Below, one piece after another: positions 59,633-64,000 of a stretch of 64,000 nt of DNA; the stretch's first letter is position 1; each line of letters starts with the position of its first letter. Position numbers and translations under genes: made by a program. Source of the DNA: an uncultured Woeseiaceae bacterium (GTDB taxonomy: Bacteria > Pseudomonadota > Gammaproteobacteria > Steroidobacterales > Woeseiaceae); contig CAYXKM010000285.1 of the NCBI GenBank assembly GCA_964465665.1, forward strand, positions 1,435 through 65,434. Direction: 5' to 3'. Under the pieces are notes generated by a model. The model made no database searches. It was not told the DNA's origin and was given only the letters and a program-made list of their open reading frames with translations.

Positions 59633-59866
59633 ATGATCCGCATGTCCACATTTCTCGAGTTACAGCAAAACCACCATACGCTGGGACTTTACTGCATACA
59701 CTGCAATCGCTGGGGCGTCGCGGACCTTCAGAGCCTCATCGATACCGGTCGAGGAGATTCTGCAGTCACCGGTGCAAGGTTTCGCTGCCGCGATTGCGGT
59801 TCGGTCGTGGAGAAACAGCTTCGGCCACCGGTGCCGGCTCTTGGCGGGACCACACGTTATATTTAG
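59633..59866 (+). CDS. Hypothetical small zinc-ribbon-like protein (77 aa)
   Basis: ORF 59633..59866 with two CxxC pairs (CIHC, CRDC). No family recognised. Confidence 0.4.
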   Translation: MIRMSTFLELQQNHHTLGLYCIHCNRWGVADLQSLIDTGRGDSAVTGARFRCRDCGSVVEKQLRPPVPALGGTTRYI

Positions 59867-59922
59867 GGCCAGCGGAATCTGTTACGTGGCTTGATTCGCA
59901 AGTGACGACGAACGTAACCAAA

Positions 59923-60639
59923 TCAGTCGGAAATCTTCTGCGCCGATGCAGGAGTTTTGACGGTCGCATGCAATCCGAATCCGGTGTTGCGCCAGGCGTA
60001 GTAACTCAACAGGAAAAAGACCTGCATCATCAGTGCAAAAATCCATTCGATGACATTCTCGGATCTATCGGCATCGGCGAGCACGGACTTCAAAACTATG
60101 TTGAGGACGCCGAGGGCGAATGGCGCGATCGACAGCAGAAGTTGTACACGCGCAATGCGTAGCAGCACCGGGTTGCCAATACTACGGGACAGTTTCAGGG
60201 AACCTGATGCAAGCAAGAGTTGCGCAATCACGGAAAACAGGAAATACAGGTATACACCGAAGCGCCGCATGAACTCGTAGAACGGCTCGGCGGTTCCAAG
60301 AAAAGTCACGTAAAGAATGAGGCTGAGCGCCCCCGCAATACCGAGGATCGCAATGGCCCTATGCGAGCGCTGCGGGAGATTGGCGGCGTTCCCGATAGCG
60401 CGCAGCCACGCAACGTTCATTATCCAGTACGCGCACAGCAACATCGTAGTGGGCAACATCACGGCCCGGAAAAGATAGCTGGCCGGCGGATACCGTCCCG
60501 TGGCGCTGATTGATGTGCAGCCGTCGAGATACGGGATGCAGGCAGGCAGCCCGGCATACTGAACGGCGATCAGGTAACAGGCGTGAATGGCAACGATCGG
60601 TGCCAGACCGGTCGCGATCGGCACTATGCGCAAGTTCAT
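59923..60639 (-). CDS. Hypothetical integral membrane protein (about 6 TM)
   Basis: ORF 59923..60777 trimmed to the ATG at 60639 (MNLRIVPIATGLAPIV...). Strongly hydrophobic segments throughout. Confidence 0.6.
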   Translation of the reverse strand: MNLRIVPIATGLAPIVAIHACYLIAVQYAGLPACIPYLDGCTSISATGRYPPASYLFRAVMLPTTMLLCAYWIMNVAWLRAIGNAANLPQRSHRAIAILGIAGALSLILYVTFLGTAEPFYEFMRRFGVYLYFLFSVIAQLLLASGSLKLSRSIGNPVLLRIARVQLLLSIAPFALGVLNIVLKSVLADADRSENVIEWIFALMMQVFFLLSYYAWRNTGFGLHATVKTPASAQKISD

Positions 60640-60662
60640 GGCGAAAGTATATGCACGGCCGG

Positions 60663-61604
60663 TCAGTGCGCGGCGAGTCGCTCGTGCATCTGGCGTATGT
60701 GCCGCGGCCCCATGCGGCAACAGCCGCCGATGATGCGGGCGCCGGCCCGCGACCATTCCTGCGCGGCCAGGCCGCATTCGACCGGCGTCGAGATGCCGTG
60801 CCAGGTGTTGCTGGCTGCTTCATAGCGCTCCCCGGAGTTGGGATACACGACAATGGCTCTGTCCGGCACCGACTCCCGGAGTTCCCTGATCAACGACGAT
60901 ATGAACTGCGGTGGCGTGCAGTTGACGCCCACAGCGAGCACCGTCGGGTGATCGCGGAATAACGCGGCGCACTCACGTATCGGCGTGCCGTCGCTGATGT
61001 GCCTGCCATCCTTGCAGGAAAAACTGATCCAGGCCGGCGTTACCGTCGTGCGAAGCAACTCGCAAAGAACAGCGGCTTCCTGGCAGTCGGGGATGGTCTC
61101 GCAGGCGAGAATGTCGGCGCCACTCCCATCGAGGAGCTCGAGCCGATGCGCGTGGAACTCCCGTATCGCGGCCTTCGAAACGGCGTAAGCCCCGACGTAT
61201 TCGGAGCCGTCGTGCAGTGCGGCGCCGTAAGGCCCGACGCTCGCTGCAATCAGGATCGGCCACGCCGTGGCCGGGTTGCTCACAAGGAACCGGCGCCTGG
61301 CTTCACGCGCAAGTTCCACCGAGCGGACGATCAGGGCGTCGGCTTCGCTCGCGGATACGCCCAGTGTCATCAGGCCACGCCGGCTTGCCTGGTAGCTCGC
61401 GCTGATGATGCAGGTGGCGCCGGCTTCGAGGTATGCGAGGTGTGCTTTAACGATGGCTTCCGGATCGGTGTGCAGCAGTGCGGCGGACCAGAGCGAATCG
61501 TGCAACACCGCGCCTTGCGCTTCGAGTTCTGTGGCGAGTCCGCCGTCGATAAGGAGCGGGCGGCGCTTCTCCAGTTCTTGTGCAAACAGGCCTGATTTTG
61601 GCAT
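60663..61604 (-). CDS. mmuM: Homocysteine S-methyltransferase
   Basis: ORF 60663..61604. Blocks LIDGGLATELE, GVNCT and a C-terminal GGCCR zinc-site motif. Confidence 0.88.
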   Translation of the reverse strand: MPKSGLFAQELEKRRPLLIDGGLATELEAQGAVLHDSLWSAALLHTDPEAIVKAHLAYLEAGATCIISASYQASRRGLMTLGVSASEADALIVRSVELAREARRRFLVSNPATAWPILIAASVGPYGAALHDGSEYVGAYAVSKAAIREFHAHRLELLDGSGADILACETIPDCQEAAVLCELLRTTVTPAWISFSCKDGRHISDGTPIRECAALFRDHPTVLAVGVNCTPPQFISSLIRELRESVPDRAIVVYPNSGERYEAASNTWHGISTPVECGLAAQEWSRAGARIIGGCCRMGPRHIRQMHERLAAH

Positions 61605-61662
61605 GGGTCGATCTTACCCGGATTTGAATGCAAGGTGAGATTCAACAACAATGCCCGGCATC

Positions 61663-62505
61663 ATGCTGAGCTACCGACACAGCTTTCACGCCGGAAATTT
61701 TGCCGATGTCATGAAACATGTCGTACTGGTCGCGTTGCTTCGATACATGACGCGCAAGGAATCGCCATTGTGCTACATCGATACGCACGCCGGCGCAGGC
61801 GGTTACGACCTGCGCGGGGAGCACGCGCGACGGACAGCGGAAAGCGAGACGGGCATCGGCAGAATCTCAGGCGCTGACGATGCACCGGCACCGGTCTCGG
61901 CGTACCTGGAGCTGGTCCGGACGTTCAACGGAACCCGCGAGCTCGTCCGGTATCCCGGCTCGCCCTGGATTGCGGCGGAGCTATTGCGAAAAAACGACAG
62001 GATGATGCTTTGCGAGCTGCATGGCAGCGATTATCCACAGCTCAAACGAATGTTCGACAAGGATCGCCGCGTGCGTTGCTATGCAGAGGATGGCTACAAA
62101 TTCTGCATTGGCCTGGTACCGCCGGCCGAACGGCGTGGCCTGGTGCTGATGGACCCCTCGTACGAGCTGGCGAATGAGTATCAAACGGCGATGGCGACTC
62201 TCGGCAAGCTATGCCGCCGGTTCGAAACGGGAACGTACGCGCTGTGGTATCCGCTGCTCGACGAGCGCCGCGCAGGCACTTTGCACCGAGCCGTCGAACG
62301 CTTGGGCCTCCGCGATGTTCTGAATCTCCAGTTGATTGTCGCCGATCACGCGTCAGAACCCGGCATGTACGGTTGTGGAATGATCCTGGTGAATCCGCCC
62401 TGGACGCTGCGTAATGACATGGAACTCGCTTTGCCGTACCTGGCCCGGAAACTGGGCCGCGGTGTCGACAGTTCGTATCGAATCGAGTTATGGTCTGCGG
62501 AATAA
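61663..62505 (+). CDS. rlmJ: 23S rRNA (adenine2030-N6)-methyltransferase
   Basis: ORF 61651..62505. I place the start at 61663 so the N-terminus reads MLSYRHSFHAGN, as in E. coli RlmJ. ATG at 61651 is an alternative. Confidence 0.88.
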   Translation: MLSYRHSFHAGNFADVMKHVVLVALLRYMTRKESPLCYIDTHAGAGGYDLRGEHARRTAESETGIGRISGADDAPAPVSAYLELVRTFNGTRELVRYPGSPWIAAELLRKNDRMMLCELHGSDYPQLKRMFDKDRRVRCYAEDGYKFCIGLVPPAERRGLVLMDPSYELANEYQTAMATLGKLCRRFETGTYALWYPLLDERRAGTLHRAVERLGLRDVLNLQLIVADHASEPGMYGCGMILVNPPWTLRNDMELALPYLARKLGRGVDSSYRIELWSAE

Positions 62506-62566
62506 ACAAGTCAAACAAGTGACTACTGGCACCGCGTACCGGCACCGCTTAAATCTGGAGGACTTC

Positions 62567-63034
62567 ATGCAATTCAGGAAACATAAGATGATCGTTTCGT
62601 CGTTGGCCGCAGCACTGGGCATGGCCGTATCCGTGGCTGCAAAGGCGGAGACGACGCCTCAGGATGCATCCGACTATCGCAAATCCGTCATGACGACACT
62701 CAAGGGGCACATCGGAGCCTCCTCGATGCATGTGCGTGGACTCGTGGATGGCAAGGAGTTCCTGGTCAAGCATGCGCAAGGCCTCGAAAACGGCGCCTCG
62801 GAACTCGCGACGCTGTTTCCCGCCGGTTCAAACGTCGAGGACTCGGATGCGCTGCCCGTCATCTGGGACGAGCCCGAGGAGTTCAAGGCGGCGATAGAGA
62901 AACTCATCGCAGCAACGCAGAAGTTCACCACTGCGGCCGAAAGCGGTGACAAAGAAGCGATTGCGACAGCGTTCCGCGATGTCGGCGGCAGTTGCCGTGG
63001 CTGTCACGACAAGTTCCGCGTTCCGCAGGACTGA
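62567..63034 (+). CDS. Class II cytochrome c (cytochrome c' / c-556 type)
   Basis: ORF 62414..63034 trimmed to the ATG at 62567 (GGAGGA RBS). Signal peptide, four-helix-type sequence and a C-terminal CRGCH haem motif. Confidence 0.85.
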   Translation: MQFRKHKMIVSSLAAALGMAVSVAAKAETTPQDASDYRKSVMTTLKGHIGASSMHVRGLVDGKEFLVKHAQGLENGASELATLFPAGSNVEDSDALPVIWDEPEEFKAAIEKLIAATQKFTTAAESGDKEAIATAFRDVGGSCRGCHDKFRVPQD

Positions 63035-63042
63035 GCCCCGCT

Positions 63043-63903
63043 TTGCGTATACGCGCACTGGCCATCGTGGCCGGGCTCGTGGCGCATGGCGCAAGCGCTG
63101 CGCCGGACGAGGACCTGATCGCGAAAGGTGAGTACCTCGTCCACGCCGGGGGCTGCATCACCTGCCACACGGAGGAGTCCGCCGCCGCCGTGCCGCTGTC
63201 CGGCGGCTATGCTCTCGAATCCCCGTTCGGCACGTTTTACGCGCCGAACATCACCCCGGACAAGGACACCGGTATCGGCAACTGGAGCGACGAGGATTTC
63301 CTGCGCGCGTTTCACGACGGCATCAACCCGGATGGCGACGCGTATTTCCCGGCATTTCCGTATACGGCTTACACCGGTGCCGGTCGCGACGACCTGCTGG
63401 CCATGAAAGCCTACCTGTTCAGTCTCGATCCGGTGAGGAAGGAGATACCGGAGCATGACCTGCCGGCCTTCATGTCCTCGAGGCTGGCGGCGCGAGCCTG
63501 GCAACTGAGCTACTTCGAGGCAGAGCGCTTCGTGCCCGACCCGACACAGCCGGAAACCTGGAATCGCGGCGCGTACCTCGTGCGCCATCTCGGGCATTGC
63601 GGCGAATGTCACACGCCACGCGGGACGCTGGGTGCTCTGCAGCACGAGAAGGAACTGACAGGGAATCCTGACGGCGCGGACGGGGAGAGCATTCCGAATA
63701 TCACCGCTGACAAGAAGGACGGCATCGGTCGTTGGTCGCTCAGCGATATCGAGTACTTTCTCGATCTCGGCATGCTGCCGGATGGCGATTTCAGCGGCGG
63801 ATCGATGTCCGCCGTCATCGAGGACAATACCAGCCACCTGACAAAGGAAGACCGGCTGGCGATCGCTACCTACCTGATGTCGCTGACACCGGCTGACGAC
63901 TGA
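63043..63903 (+). CDS. Di-haem c-type cytochrome
   Basis: ORF 62992..63903 with CITCH and CGECH motifs. Start uncertain: the TTG at 63043 gives a signal peptide (LRIRALAIVAGLVAHGASA) with no overlap. The TTG at 62992 is the ORF-track start. Confidence 0.8.
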   Translation: MRIRALAIVAGLVAHGASAAPDEDLIAKGEYLVHAGGCITCHTEESAAAVPLSGGYALESPFGTFYAPNITPDKDTGIGNWSDEDFLRAFHDGINPDGDAYFPAFPYTAYTGAGRDDLLAMKAYLFSLDPVRKEIPEHDLPAFMSSRLAARAWQLSYFEAERFVPDPTQPETWNRGAYLVRHLGHCGECHTPRGTLGALQHEKELTGNPDGADGESIPNITADKKDGIGRWSLSDIEYFLDLGMLPDGDFSGGSMSAVIEDNTSHLTKEDRLAIATYLMSLTPADD

Positions 63904-64000
63904 TGTGCTTGCGGAGGCGAGCCGGCGCTCCACGCCAGCAATAGCTGACCGCCATAGTAGAACGGCAGGCCCCAGACAAAATTCGGAAATTCCGGACGAA

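Noticed and set aside
63004-63933. 309-aa reverse ORF opposite the di-haem cytochrome c
   Set aside because: It is an antisense shadow. The forward frame has two CxxCH motifs and a signal peptide.
63870-64000. Open reverse-strand frame running into the window edge (...RPEFPNFVWGLPFYYGGQLLLAWSAGSPPQAHQSSAGVSDIR*), with its stop at 63870-63872
   Set aside because: Only 43 codons are visible and no family is recognisable. It would overlap the cytochrome gene's 3' end by 34 nt. It may be the C-terminus of a membrane protein, but the evidence is too thin to list as a feature.
1-64000. Scan for CRISPR arrays, rRNA, IS elements, prophage or defence-system genes
   Set aside because: I saw no regularly spaced repeat array and no rRNA-like sequence. 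No ORF resembled a transposase, integrase, Cas, restriction-modification, toxin-antitoxin or other defence protein. This was a visual reading, not a computational search.

Overview
GC-rich chromosomal segment (judged by eye, not computed). Gene content and Pseudomonas-type REP-like repeats suggest an aquatic or marine Gammaproteobacterium, but this is inference only. I call about 60 protein-coding genes and one tRNA-Gly(CCC). I found no rRNA, CRISPR array, transposase, integrase or phage genes. Gene order, left to right: (1) a translationally coupled periplasmic operon of rhodanese, di-haem CCP/MauG, Tat-exported metallophosphoesterase and cytochrome c, plus a DUF3313-like gene; this block is bracketed by nested perfect inverted repeats. 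(2) A TlpA / DUF4266 / DUF3570 / ApbE operon, in which the DUF3570-like protein carries an ApbE-type flavinylation motif (DSLTGAT). (3) A small OMP and photolyase phrB. (4) A polyamine cluster, aguA / DHS-like / speA / aguB. (5) A lipoprotein amidohydrolase. (6) An operon of ECF sigma, anti-sigma and two HEAT-repeat proteins. (7) A LysR / MOSC / modABC run. (8) An MBL hydrolase. (9) A membrane LytTR regulator with phased direct repeats, divergent from a serine hydrolase. (10) LysR, TPR, tRNA-Gly, a lipoprotein, an OMP, an SLC13 permease and rlmI. (11) An ECF / FecR / STN-TonB-receptor signalling unit. (12) A roughly 17.7-kb phytate/inositol locus: TonB receptor, RpiR regulator, iolG, a second dehydrogenase, iolB, iolC (fused with an aldolase-like domain), iolD, iolE, a tandem beta-propeller phytase, an OPA-type MFS antiporter, an atypical PfkB kinase and a lipoprotein metallophosphoesterase. 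(13) mmuM, rlmJ, cytochrome c' and a di-haem cytochrome c. The strongest candidates for undescribed biology are the ApbE/DUF3570/DUF4266/TlpA envelope module, the rhodanese/CCP/Tat-MPE/cytochrome operon with its repeat brackets, and the MFS/kinase/phosphatase extension of the phytase locus. All functional calls come from reading the translated ORFs. No database search was possible.
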